Origin: Hypanus sabinus
Taxonomy: Eukaryota
Length of the DNA stretch: 64,000 nt
NCBI RefSeq assembly: GCF_030144855.1
Contig: NC_082708.1
Location: 84,134,001-84,198,000 of the forward strand
Reading direction: 5' to 3'
Each line of letters begins with the position of its first letter. The stretch's first letter is position 1. Made by a program: the position numbers and the translations under genes. The notes beneath the pieces were generated by a model. The model saw only the letters and a list, made by a program, of their open reading frames with translations, was not told where the DNA came from and made no database searches. Below are positions 1-11,865 of this stretch, piece after piece.

Positions 1-384
1 TTCTAAATAAGATTCCAGAAAGTTCTGGTCTGTTATATTTATAAGTTTCTCTAACAAGGAAGCATTTATAAAGAAGATGTGACAGCCAGTTCATCTCTTT
101 CTCCCTCACTCCCCAAATGTATTAATAATCTGGTGGATAAATTAACACATTCCCAGAGCTTTGTCAGAGAAGATGTGCAGTTGTAACTTGATGAAATTCA
201 GAGGGAAATGGTTGGCAATTGTGATAACGTGTGAATGAATACATCTGAAAATTAGGTTATTCCCAAAATTGACATGGTTGCTTCTCTGTGGATTAGTGCT
301 GCTTGTTTCTGCTCTTACTTGCTGTAAGGACCAAGGGCGATGCATCAGCAGAGCCAAGCCTAGATAATCCCGACAGCTTGGTTT

Positions 385-670
385 CTTTATTTACTGCACA
401 GAGTAGGCCCTTCTACCCCTTTAAGCCATGTTGCCCCAGAAACCCCTGACAACCCTGATTTAACCCTAAACTAGTCACGGGACAATTTACAATGACTAAT
501 TAACCTATCCAGTGCATCTTTGGAGGAAACAGGAGGATTCAGGGAAAACCTACACATTCCACAGTCTGGACGTACAGAGACTCCTTACAGAACTGTGCCA
601 GAATTGAACACTGAACTCTGGAACACCCTGAGCTGTAATAGCATCATGCTAACTGCTATACTACAATGGT
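385..670 (-). mobile_element. SINE-like interspersed repeat (probably tRNA-derived)
   Basis: Shares blocks (tttattta..taggcc, ccagaattgaa, ccctgagct.taatagc, gctaac) with the copy at ~51320-51475; the T-rich end reads as an A-rich tail on the minus strand. Confidence 0.45.
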
Positions 671-1464
671 ACACGTTCCATCAGCCACTCTGGGCCTTTT
701 ACTTCAGCACTAGAAGCGAACAATGTACTTCTATGTGATGATTTATACATAACAAAATTCATATCCCTCATTACCACCTGAACAACTGTACTTTAAATTA
801 AGTATCTTCTCACATAATCTCCTGTCCAGTTAGCTGGAGCAAAATTCTTTTCCTTTTCTTTGTTTTTGATCTCACCATCATCATTTTTGGAATGCATACC
901 GAAACATTTTATTCATTTGATAGTCTTTCTAGAATTTGGAGGAAGCGCCTACTCCTGTTTACTTTCACTATTTTGTTATACTTGTGCGAGTTTCTACAAA
1001 TTGTTTATAAGTTCCTCTTTAGCTCACTCTCATGTTCAATTTTCTCCCTCACTATAAGCTCATCTTTTTCTCCAATTGCCTTCAATTCCCACCCTCCAAC
1101 CCTACTTACCTCCACCCCCAATACAACACTGCCTCAAAGCCACTGCTCATTTAACCTGCTGTTGTGCCGAACTGCTTAGAAATTCATCCCTGCTTGATAG
1201 TGCTAAATGTATCACATGGTAGCAGCATTGCATTGTCCTCGATATTTTCAAAATATAGTTCCCTCAACCTCAATGGTGTTAAATTTCAGAAATTAAGTAC
1301 AACAAAATGTCACTGTTACCCAGCAGCTATACTGAATAGGGTTGAATTTCTAAGGAAACAACTCTGTACAATTATGCAACTGAAAAAATACTTCTCAGAT
1401 CTAAGTAAAGCTTTTTTGGGCTTACTTCGTCAAGCACCTTCATTCTGTTTGCTTCAAAAGGTAG

Positions 1465-1850
1465 GCTGTCTGGTGGCCACCCATTTCAACTTGACTTCCC
1501 ATTCCCACACCAAAAATTCTGTCCATGGTTTCCTCTTCTGCCACAAAGAGGCCAAATGCAGGTTGGAGGAACAATATCTCAAATTCCATCTGGGAAGGCT
1601 CCAACCTGATGGTATGAACATCCATTTCTCTAATTCACAGTAACCACTGCCCTTTTCACCCCCACCCCAACTTTTAGTTTCTCCATTCTAGTGTTCCTCT
1701 CACCCCTTTTCCCTCACCCACATTCTTACCTGACCATCACCACTCTTTGGTTCCTCTCCTCCTTCCCTTTACTCCATTATCCTCTTCTATCAGATACCTT
1801 CTTTCTCAGTCCTCTAGCACTTGGCTTGTTACATCATTCCCCTCCTCCTC
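1465..1850 (+). mobile_element. Penelope-like element (PLE) fragment: GIY-YIG endonuclease C-terminus and 3' pyrimidine tract
   Basis: ORF 1164-1643 ends VATHFNLTSHSH...LEEQYLKFHLGRLQPDGMNIHFSN, which parallels the PLE at 27950-28105. Confidence 0.75.
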
Positions 1851-1909
1851 TACACACACACCTTCTCCATTTTAGTGAACCTCCTTTGAACTCTCTCCAA
1901 TATCAGCAG

Positions 1910-2395
1910 ATAGCTCAAAGGAGGTTTACTAAAATGATTCTGGCATTGAAAGGCTTACCAGATGAGGAGTGTTTGATGGCTATGGGCATGTATTCACTAG
2001 AATTCAGAAAAATGAGGGGTGACCGCATTGAAATCTATCGAATGGTGAAAGGCCTTGATAGAGTGGATCTGGAAAGGATGTTCCCCATGACGGGAGAGTC
2101 GAAGACTAGAGGATACAGCCTCAAAATAGAGGGACGCCATTTTAGAGTGGAGGTGAGGAGGAATTTCTTTCACCAGAGAGTAGTGAATCTGTGGAATTTG
2201 TTGGCACAGGCAGCTGTGGATGCCAAGTCATTAGGTATATTTAAAGCAGAGGTTGATAGATTCTTGATTAGTCCGGGATACGGGGAGAAGACAAGAGATA
2301 GGGACTGAGAAGGAAAATGGATCAGCCATGATGAAAAGATGGAACAGACTCAAAGGGCACAATGGCTTAATTATGCTCCGATATCTCATGGTCCA
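1910..2395 (+). mobile_element. CR1 LINE, 3' end of ORF2 and 3'UTR
   Basis: QRRFTKMI...YSLEFRKMRGD.IEIY...TRGYSLKI...RRNFFHQRVVNLWN...FKAEVDRFL is the canonical CR1 C-terminus. Confidence 0.9.
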
Positions 2396-3506
2396 ATATT
2401 TCAAATGAAAATTGAAAAATCACATATTTTTTTATTTTATTTATTAATTGAAAAGTATATTGGAATACAACAATTGAAATCTCTTGTAAATCTTGTAAAC
2501 TTTTTGTTGTCTTTTTTTTAACAAATCTATTGCCTATTAACACTGTACAGATCTATTTTGCATACAGATGAAAGGTACATTTTATTCCTCATTAGATCAT
2601 CCAGGTGTTCTATTTTAGTCTGTTTCTGGGTTTACATGATTGAATTCATAAGACTGAATCCACGTTCGCAGTCATAACTAGAAATTTGAAATGTTCCAAT
2701 GATGTCAACAAGAATTGCCAGTTCTTCAAATTTTTTGTTTCTAAGCATGTAGTTGAACATATCAGTGAATGTCTTAATTGAACCAATCTTAGCTTTTCAG
2801 AAATAACAAATTTGAAATCACTGTATTGCTGCAATATTTTTGAGGCAATGCTTTCGTTGTAGTTCATAGCAGTAGCTGAGTATTTTTTTTTTGTCAGTCA
2901 TATATCATTCTCTTCTCCAAATTCATAACTGGTTGTGTTTGCAATAGTAACAAGATCAAAAGCTTGTCATTCTGTCATCATCAGGGAACCTATTATCCAA
3001 GTGATTACACACATGTTGAATGGATCACAGAATAAGCGCAGTAACAACGTTAAAAATTATAGATGCATTAAGACCTTTCACTTTATCACTCTAAGAAATG
3101 GTATTGCCAAGGTACTGTGAACATACCATGTTAATTTTTGCTTTTACATTCTGCAATACTTTAATTGTATTCAAACAGCTTTTTTGATGGAAGATTTGGC
3201 AGATGGCAGATTTTCTAAACCTTCATTAATGCTACTCAATATTGTAGATTGGTTAAGATCTTCAACCAGCTGTTGCTGATTGGATCACTACATTCATTAA
3301 CATGGTCTTTGCAATATGGGATCAAAACTTTGTAGTTCCTCATTAAAGCAGTAACGTCAAAATGTCTTGCCAGCCATCTTACTTTGTTTAGTAGTCTAAA
3401 TGACACATCACATTCTGTGATATTAGCTACAGTAATTCTTATACCTTTCAATTTTAACCAGTGACCTGCTGAACATTGTATATACATCGCTACAGTGTTT
3501 CTTTAT

Positions 3507-4917
3507 CAATAGACAATAAGCGCAGGAGGAGGCCATTCAGCCCTTGGAGCCAGCACCACCATTCAATATGATCATGGCTGATCATCCACAATCAGTACCC
3601 CGTTCCTGCCCTCTCCCCATATCCCTTGACTCTGCTATCTTTAAGAGCTCTATCTAACTCTTTCTTGAAAGCATCCAGAGAATTGGCCTCCACTGCCTTC
3701 TGAGGCAGAGCATTCCATAGATCCACAACTCTCTGGGTGAAAAAGTTTTTCCTGAACTCCGTTCTAAATGGCCTACCCCTTATTCTTAAACTGTGGCCTC
3801 TGGTTCTGGACTCCCCCAACATCGGGAACATGTTTCTTGCCTCTAGCATATCCAATCCCTTAATTATCTAACATGTTTCAATCAGATCCACTCTCATCCT
3901 TCTAAATTCCAGTGTATACAAGCCCAGTCGCTCCAATCTTTCAACATTTGACAATCCTGCCATCCCAGAAATTAACCTTGTGAATCTACGCTGCACTCCC
4001 TCAATAGCAAGAAAGTCCTTCCTCAGATTTGGAGACCAAAACTGCACACAATTCTCCAGGTGTGGTCTCACCAGGGCCCTGTACATCTGCAGAAGGACCT
4101 CCTTGCTCCTATACTCAACTCCTCTTGTCATGAAGGCCAACATGTCATTAGCTTTCTTCACTGCCTGTTGTACCTGCATGCTTACTTTCAGTGACTGATG
4201 TACAGGAACACCTAGATCTTGTTGTACTTCCCCTTTTCCTAAATTGACACCATTTAGATAGTAATCTGCCTTCCTGTGCTTGCCACCAAACTGAATAACC
4301 TCACATTTATCCACATTAAACTGCATCTGCCATGCATCTGCCCACGCACCCAACCTGTCCAAGTCACCCTGCATTCTCCTAACATCCTCTTCATATTTCA
4401 CACTGCCACCCAGCTTTGTGTCATCAGCAAATTTGTTAATGTCACTATAAGTCTTTTCATCTAAATCATTAATGTATATTGTAAATAGCTGCAGTCCCAG
4501 CACCGAGGGTTGCGGTACCTACTAGTCACTGCCTGCCATTCTGAAAAGTACCCATTAATCCCCACTCTTTGTTTCCTGTCTGCCAACCAATTTTCTATCC
4601 ATGTTAGTACCCTACCCCCAATACCATGTGCTCTAATTTTGCCCACTAATCTCCTATGTGGGACCTTATCAAAGGCTTTCTGAAAGTCCGGGTACACTAC
4701 ATCCACTGGCTCTCCCTTGTCCATTTTCATAGTTACATCCTCAAAACATTCCAGAAGATTAGTCAAGCATGATTTCCCCTTCATAAATCCATGCTGACTC
4801 GGACCCATCCTGTTACTGCTATCCAAATGTGCCACTATTTCATCTTTTATAATTGTCTCCAGCATCTTCCCCACCACTGATGTCAGGCTAACTGGTCTAT
4901 AATTCCTTGTTTTCTCT
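3507..4917 (-). mobile_element. 5'-truncated CR1 LINE (RT domain to 3' end)
   Basis: ORFs 4461-4991, 3868-4503 and 3592-3855 give NYRPVSLTSVVGK, DFQKAFDKVPH, KFADDTKLGG, FFTQRVV; caatagacaata tail at 3508. Confidence 0.95.
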
Positions 4918-4947
4918 ATCATGCATAATGGATACTTTTTTTCATAT

Positions 4948-5176
4948 AAAAAACACAAAATGCTGGCAGAACTCAGCCGGCCTGACAGCATCTATGGGAG
5001 GAGGTAATAATGAAGTTTCGGGCCGAAACCCTTCATCGGGAGGGTTCTCCTAATGAAGGGTTTCAGCTCGAAACATCATTATTACCTCCTCCCATAGATG
5101 CTGTCTGCCCTGCTGAGTTCTGCCAGCAATTTGTGTTTTTTATTTATTTCCAGCATCTGCAGATTCACTCATATTG
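4948..5176. mobile_element. Fold-back PLE-derived element with two hammerhead-like motifs and a 14-bp TSD
   Basis: TSD actttttttcatat at 4934-4947 and 5177-5190. Arm ~4948-5040 is the reverse complement of ~5048-5141. Confidence 0.85.
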
Positions 5177-7129
5177 ACTTTTTTTCATATGTTGTCTAAT
5201 TTCAGATGTTTTCTGTGAGCAACACAATGTTGCTCACAGATGCTTTACTTCTCATCGAAGAATTGCTGCCACACCAGCATTCTTTCCAAGATTAAAGTTT
5301 GGCCCATCTGATGTAAATATCACCATCTTTGAATATCAAGGTTATTCTTGATACAAGTTTCGTTTTACTTCATCAATAGTGATACTGTCACATGCATTTA
5401 GTTTCAAAATACCCAGATAGTCTTACAAGTTCATTTTCCAGACAAAACTTAACATACAAGATTAACATTTTCTGTACAAAGTGCATATATTTTCATCAGT
5501 ATTTAGTGTATAAAAGCCAATGTCCACATTTCTTTCATTTTCTTTCTCTGTAGCACAAAGCTGATGTACTTAATGGATTCAAATGCAGAGTTCTTGCTGC
5601 GCCAACTCTCCAGTATTTTTACATATTTAGCCACATATGCATGAATGTTTTTGCACGGAATGCACGGACGCATAAATTATAAACGCTAAGACAATGTTAT
5701 CAATTACCACTTTGACCATATCAGAGTTAGACTTCTTTCATGCGTCTTGTTTCACTCTTGCTTCATGTTTATTTTTTAGAGTTTCAGTTAACATGAGTAA
5801 AATTCCACACTTCTTCTGTTTGTGTCATTTGGTAACTGCATTTATACAAATTCTCTGGTTAAATGGTGATTTAGGTTATCTAGCTTATGTTCCCCATTTT
5901 TTCCCCGCTACTGAACTTGCTCCAACTTTTGCTTGTGCACAAAATGGTACATACAACATCACCAGTATCTTGATAAGTAAAAATATTGCAAATATTTAAT
6001 TTTTGTTTTGGATGCGAAGATGGTAGTTCAGAATCTGAGTTACAAAATCTATTCTACTTTAAATTTTGTACAAGCTTTGTTCTTCAAAGCATTCAACTCT
6101 TCTGCTTTTCTTTTTCACATCCTTAGGATACTAAGGATAATTTATTATTATTTGCAAAATTTAACAAGGTTAAGTCAAAAATTATAATTTTAATAAAATA
6201 ACCAGTCTTGCAAACCAACTTAATAGAAACAAATTTTTACCTTATTCTGACACTTTTAATTTAAAAAATCTTGTTAGATTATGATTCTTTGAAAGGTTAC
6301 TTATCAAGAGTTAGAATATAGAGGTTTTCACATCAAACACAAACTCCAACTGACCTCACAAGGAAATGATGCCGTGCCCTCAAAACAACCGACAGGCACA
6401 AAGGTGAAAATAAAATGTTTTGACTAGATGGAATCAGCATTCACTGGGCCAGTGGTTAGTAACAATGAACTACCAACTTCCATTCTGTGCTTACTGTTAT
6501 AATTTGTAACAGGGTTATAATGTGAAGCACTGACAGTGACACTGACAGTGACACTGACACTGAAGCTCTAAAATGTTTCAAAGCAAAGGTTACGGTACAC
6601 TTATTATTTAGAAAATGAATAGATTACATTTATTAACAGAATTATGGGGTATTACACAATTATATTAAAATATAATTCAAAATTATATTAGCATTCTATC
6701 GAAGAAAATTCCAGTTATGTGGCAACAAAGTCGATGTACATGGGAGCATTTCATTAACCACGTGGTCATGCACCCGCATAGCTTAGTGGGAACAGTGGTT
6801 GAGGCATTTGAATTTTTTTCATCCCACCTTATGTAAGTAGGGCATGGGAATGTTTTCACCTGACTACATGCTGCTTCCACCAACCTCAGAGTTGGTGAAG
6901 GCTCAGTGGAGATGCTGTTATTGAGAAAATGTCAAGGTCAGCTTGGAAATGTACCTTCTGTAATTTTTTTTTGGCTGGAGTAAGGATGCCTATTCAAGCC
7001 TGTAAATGAGTCGAAGATGGATAAGGACAGGATATCCCCCCACTCTTACGGAATCCTTGAGGGCATGTGCATGAGTATTACCCTCCAGGCCTCATAAACC
7101 AGTAGAATGCACCTTCCAGACTTGGTGGA

Positions 7130-7300
7130 GTTCTCAGATGAGTTGTTTCCACTCCAGCAGTGTGGATCATGGAGGTGGCTGATGAACCCAACATGAAGGC
7201 CACCAACTTTGCCACAAGAGGGGTAGGTGGGGTTTTGTGGGGCAAAATGTATAGTAAGTAATGAACCCTTTCCAGTGTTTATGTGACCTTCTTCATTTCC
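7130..7300 (-). mobile_element. RTE LINE C-terminal remnant
   Basis: YPSCGKVGGLHVGFISHLH resembles the RTE terminal C2H2-like motif (CPxCGKxCxSxIGLxSHLRxH). Confidence 0.4.
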
Positions 7301-7639
7301 CCAAAGAATGAAAAGGACTATTGGTGTCATAATGAGGAGGAGGCAAAAAGAGGATATTAAAATGATCAGCCATCACTGTACTGAATGGTAGAATAGGTTC
7401 CAGGGCTAAATCACCTATTCCTGTTGCAATTTTCCAGTTTCTACTTTTCATCCTGGATGCTCCTTTATCATGGACCTAAGTTTACCATGAGTTTGTGATA
7501 GTGTTACATTTTTCAAACAGGTTTGAGAATGTGTCTGTCCACAGTTTCCTCTACAGCCAAGTTAAGGCTAGGTGAAGATTAGAGGTAGATACATCTTTGC
7601 AGGTCATGGCAGTCACCAACCTGACAGCATTAACTCCAA

Positions 7640-8090
7640 TTTCTTTAGCTTCCAGTAACCATGTCTGTCTGTTCTTTCCCTCCCCTTTTTTTCCCCCTTA
7701 GCTCATGTCCCCATTATTCTTCTCTTTCCCCTCTTCTGTCATCCACACCTTCCTCCCTCTCATTCCCCAGCTCCTGCACTTTATTCCACGGTCTGCTGTC
7801 CTCTCCCACCAGATGCCATCTTGTTCAGTCCTTTGCCTCTTTCACTTATCACCTACCAGCTTAATTCATTCCCACTTCCACCTTCCTCCATCTATCTACT
7901 TTCCCCCTGACTTGGATTCATCTACCATCTGCAAGTTTTTACTCCTCCCCTCCCCCTGCCCTTTTATTCTAGCTTCTGCCCTCTTTGTTCCAGTCCTAAG
8001 ATGGTCTTTACCCAAAATATTGACTCTTCTTTTCCCTCTATAGATTCTGCCTGACCTATTGAGTTTCTTCAGCATTTTATGTGTTTTGTT
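7640..8090 (+). mobile_element. PLE 3' region / pseudo-LTR, degenerate
   Basis: Pyrimidine tract, then ttattctagc..ttccagtcct..tagattctgcctgacct..gagtttcttcagcatttt, matching 28360-28485. Confidence 0.7.
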
Positions 8091-9188
8091 CAACAGCAAC
8101 CTATCTTCCTACTGAGCTCTTACCATGATGAAGTTGGAAGCACAGAAGCGATTACAGGTGTCTGACAGGGAGCATGCAAGTCATGTGATTGCACCAACAG
8201 CAGCCTTGGTGCTGGGGATACTGGCCTGCAAGGAACTACTGAAACTGGTTTTCGTATTCCACCAAAGGACTTCTGAAATTTTGCAGGTGTAGCAGATCTC
8301 ACTAATATTGTAGGTAATCCGTATTTCAAAAGCACATAGGAATGAGGTGATCACTGTTACTTGGTGGAGAATAGACTTGATGTCATGTTTTATCTTTTCA
8401 TCTTCAAATGCACTCTTCCTCTGCTAGGCAAGGGTTAGCAAACTGGAGTCAGTAGTTGATTTCATCAGTAATGCCTACCTTACCTGGTGGGTGGATCTCA
8501 ACATGTTTTGGATTCCAGTGAAGGACATTTGTTGTTGGGGTTTGGGGTGAATAATTGTCATCTAGAGTGTAACCATTGTAGCCTTGAATGTACTCAACCT
8601 TTGAACATCCTTTGCCCCTTAGAGGTGGAAGCTTCCGAAGTTTTTCCACCTGTTGGGTGAAGAAATTTCTTCCTAGCCCAGCTGTAAATGATTGACTTGT
8701 AACCCTGAGGCTGTGTAGTCTAATTGCTCAGCTTTAAGAAAAAGAGTCTTGGAATTTCCTTTGTCAATCCTTATTTCAAAGATGTCACTTCTTATTCAGT
8801 GACATTGGACAATCTTTTTCAATCTTTCTTCACAGGACTTCTCATGCCCCAAAGCAATCTGGGGAATTTATTCTGCAGTGACTCCAAGATCAGTATCTCC
8901 TTTTTACGTGCATGGTTCAATGGTAGGGCATTGATGAATGCAGTAGAACAGAGTGATCTAGGAATAATGGTGCATAGTTCCCTGAAGGTGGAATCTCATG
9001 TGGACAGGGTGGTGAAGAAAGCTTTCAGTATGCTGGCCTTTATATCAGAGCATTGAGTATAGGAGTTGGTATGTAATGTTAAAATTATACAAGGCATTGG
9101 GGAGGCCAAATTTGGAGTATTGTGTACAGTTCTGGTCACTAAATTATAGGAAAGTTGTCAACAAAATAGAGAGTACAGAGAAGATTTA

Positions 9189-11415
9189 CAGACAGACAAA
9201 CAGACTTTATTGATCCCGAGGGAAATTGGGTTTTGTTACAGTCGCACCAACCAAGAATAGTGTAGAAATACAGCAATATAAAACCATAAATAATTAAATA
9301 ATAATAAGTAAGTAATGCCAAGTGGAAATTAGTCCAGGACCAGCCTATTGGTTCAGGGTGTCTGACACTCCGAGGGAGGAGTTGTAAAGTTTGATGGCCA
9401 CAGGGAGGAATGACTTTCTATGACGCTCAGTGTTGCATCTCAGTGGAATGAGTCTCTGGCTGAATGTACTCCTGTGCCTAACCAGTACATTATGGAGTGG
9501 ATGGGAGTCTTTGTCCAAGATGGCATGCAACTTGGACAGCATCCTCTTTTCAGACACCACTGTCAGAGAGTCCAGTTCCACCTCCACAACATCACTGGCC
9601 TTACGAATGAGTTTGTTGATTCTGTTGGTGTCTGCTACCCTCAGCCTGCTGCCTCAGCACACAACAGCAAACATGATAGCACTGGCCACCACAGACTCGT
9701 AGAACATCATCAGCATCGTCCGGCAGATGTTAAAAAACCTCAGTCTCCTCAGGAAATAAAGATGGCTGTGACCCTTCTTGTAGACAGCCTCAGTTTTCTT
9801 TGACCAGTCCAGTTTATTGTCAATTCGTATCCCCAGGTATTTGTAATCCTCCACCATGTCCACACTGACCCCTTGGATGGAAACAGGGGTCACCAGTGCC
9901 TTAGCCCTCCTCAGGTCCACCACCAGCTCCTTAGTCTTTTTCACATTAAGCTGCAGATGATTCTGCTTGCACCATGTGACAAAGTTTCCTACCATAGCCC
10001 TGTACTCAGCTTCATCTCCCTTGCTTATGCATCCAACTATGGCAGAGTCATCAGAAAACTTCTGAAGAAAACTTCACCCCAAACCCCAACAACAAATGTG
10101 GTCTGCCAGTCAGGTAATCAATAATTCATGACACCAGGGAAGCATCCACCTGTATCACTGTCAGCTTCTCACCCAGCAGAGCAGGGCAGATGGTTTTGAA
10201 CGCACTGGAGAAGTAAAAAAACATGACCCTCACAGTGCTCGCTGGCTTGTCCAGGTGGGCGTAGACATGGTTCAGCAGGTAGACGATGGCATCCTCAACT
10301 CCTAGTCGGGGCTGATAGGCAAACTGGAGGGGGTCTAAGTGTGGCCTAACCATAGGCCGGAGCTGCTCTAGAACAAGTCTCTCCAGGGTCTTCATGATGT
10401 GGGAGGGCAATGCCACCGGTCTGTAGTCATTGGAGCCACTGGGGCGCGACGTCTTCAGTACAGGAACGAGGCAGGATGTCTTCCACAGTACAGGAACCCT
10501 CTGGATACTCAAGCTTAGGTTGAAGACATGGTGAAGTACTCCACATAGCTGGGGGGGGACACAGGCTTTGAGCACCCTGGGGCTGACACCATCCGGGCCT
10601 GCAGCCTTGCTTGGCTGGAGACACTTCAGCTGTCTTCTCACCTGTTCAGCTGTGAAGCCCACCGTGGTGGTTTCAGGTGGGGGAGGGGTGTAGTCATGAG
10701 AGCAGGGTGGGGGGCTGTGAGGAGGAGTAAGAGGGGAGAGTGGAGTATGTGTTGATTGGGGGCCGACAACAGATGAATCATGTGGGGTATGGGCAGGGGC
10801 CACAGTGTCAAATCTGTTGAAGAACAGGTTAAGTTTGTTGGCCCTGTCCACACTGCCTTCAGCTCCTCTGTTGCTAGCTTGTCGGAACCCAGTGATGGTC
10901 CTTATCACACTCCAGACCTCTCTCATGTTGTTTTGCTGGAGTTTCCACTCAAGCTTCCTCCTATACCTGTCTTTAGCCTCCCTGATCTTGGCTTTCAGGT
11001 CCCTCTGTATCGTCCTCAGCTCCTCCCTATTTCCATCTCTAAATGCCCTCTTTTTAGCGTTTAGGATGTCCTTAATGTCCTTTGTTACCCATGGCTTGTT
11101 ATTTGAATAACAAAGGACAGTTCTTGCCGGAACATTGCAGTCCACACAGAAGTTGATGTAACCAGTAATGCATTCTGTGAGCTCATCAATGTCCTCTCCA
11201 TGTGGCTCACAGAGGGCCTGCCAGTCTGTCAGCTCAAAAAAACCCTGGAGTGCCTCATAAACCTCCCCTGACCATTTCCTTACTGACCTCGAGGTTGCAG
11301 GTTTACTCTTCACCAGAGGCACGTAGCAGGGTTTGAGATGCACCAGGTTGTGATCTGACCTTCCCAGTGGGGGGAGGGGAGAGGAGCTGTATGCATCCTT
11401 AACGTTAGCATACAT
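9189..11415 (-). mobile_element. Rex1/Babar LINE, 5'-truncated, with an internal RT deletion
   Basis: 430-aa ORF 10126-11418 (GRSDHN, KAAGPDGV, NDYRPVAL, DPLQFAYQ, FSSAF); 9654-9995 (YKYLGI.IDNKLDW); 9345-9587 (RKSFLP.AIKLYN); TCTG-like tail. Confidence 0.95.
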
Positions 11416-11642
11416 CAAATCCAGGATGTTACCTGGGACTGGAACGTTACCTGGGTTTCAGTACCTAAGTTACAGAGGAAGGTTGAACAAGTTAAGTCTT
11501 TATTCTTCAGAGTGTAGAAGGTTGAGGGGGGGATTTGATAGAGGTATTTAAAATTATGAGGGGGATAGATAGAGTCGACGTTGATAGGCTTTTTCCATTG
11601 AGAATAGGGGAGATTCAAACAAGAGGACATGAGTTGAGAGTT

Positions 11643-11865
11643 TGTGGTGAACTACATATACCTGTCTGGACACGCCCCCCCCCCCCCCCCGCTGACTGTT
11701 CCTGTGGCTCCTCCCACGGACCCTGGTATAAAGGCGATTGGGGACACTGCCCCGGTCTCAGTCTCCAGGATGCAGTGAGGTGGTTACTTGCTGCTTGTTC
11801 TTTCTTCCAGACAATAAAGGCCTATACCTTGCCTCACGTCTCCGAGAGTTATTGATGGTGCATCA
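11643..11865 (+). mobile_element. Solo LTR (223 bp)
   Basis: TG...CA ends; 5-bp TSD gagtt at 11638-11642 and 11866-11870; TATAAA ~11727; AATAAA ~11812. Confidence 0.9.

Larger units (their letters stand above)
2560..6150 (-). pseudogene. Decayed hAT-superfamily transposase (ZNF862-like), split by CR1 and PLE insertions
   Basis: Minus-strand motifs in order: FYTLNTDE (~5500), VIFTSDG..LGKNAGVAA and EQHCVAHR (5330-5210), YTMFSRS and VRWLAR (3485-3365), SSYDCERGFSLMN..RNRL dimerisation motif (2685-2615). Several stops and frameshifts; termini not identified. Confidence 0.8.

Noticed and set aside
10126-11418. 430-aa ORF as a host gene or active LINE
   Set aside because: It is 5'-truncated Rex1 ORF sequence, followed by a stop and a deletion in the RT core.
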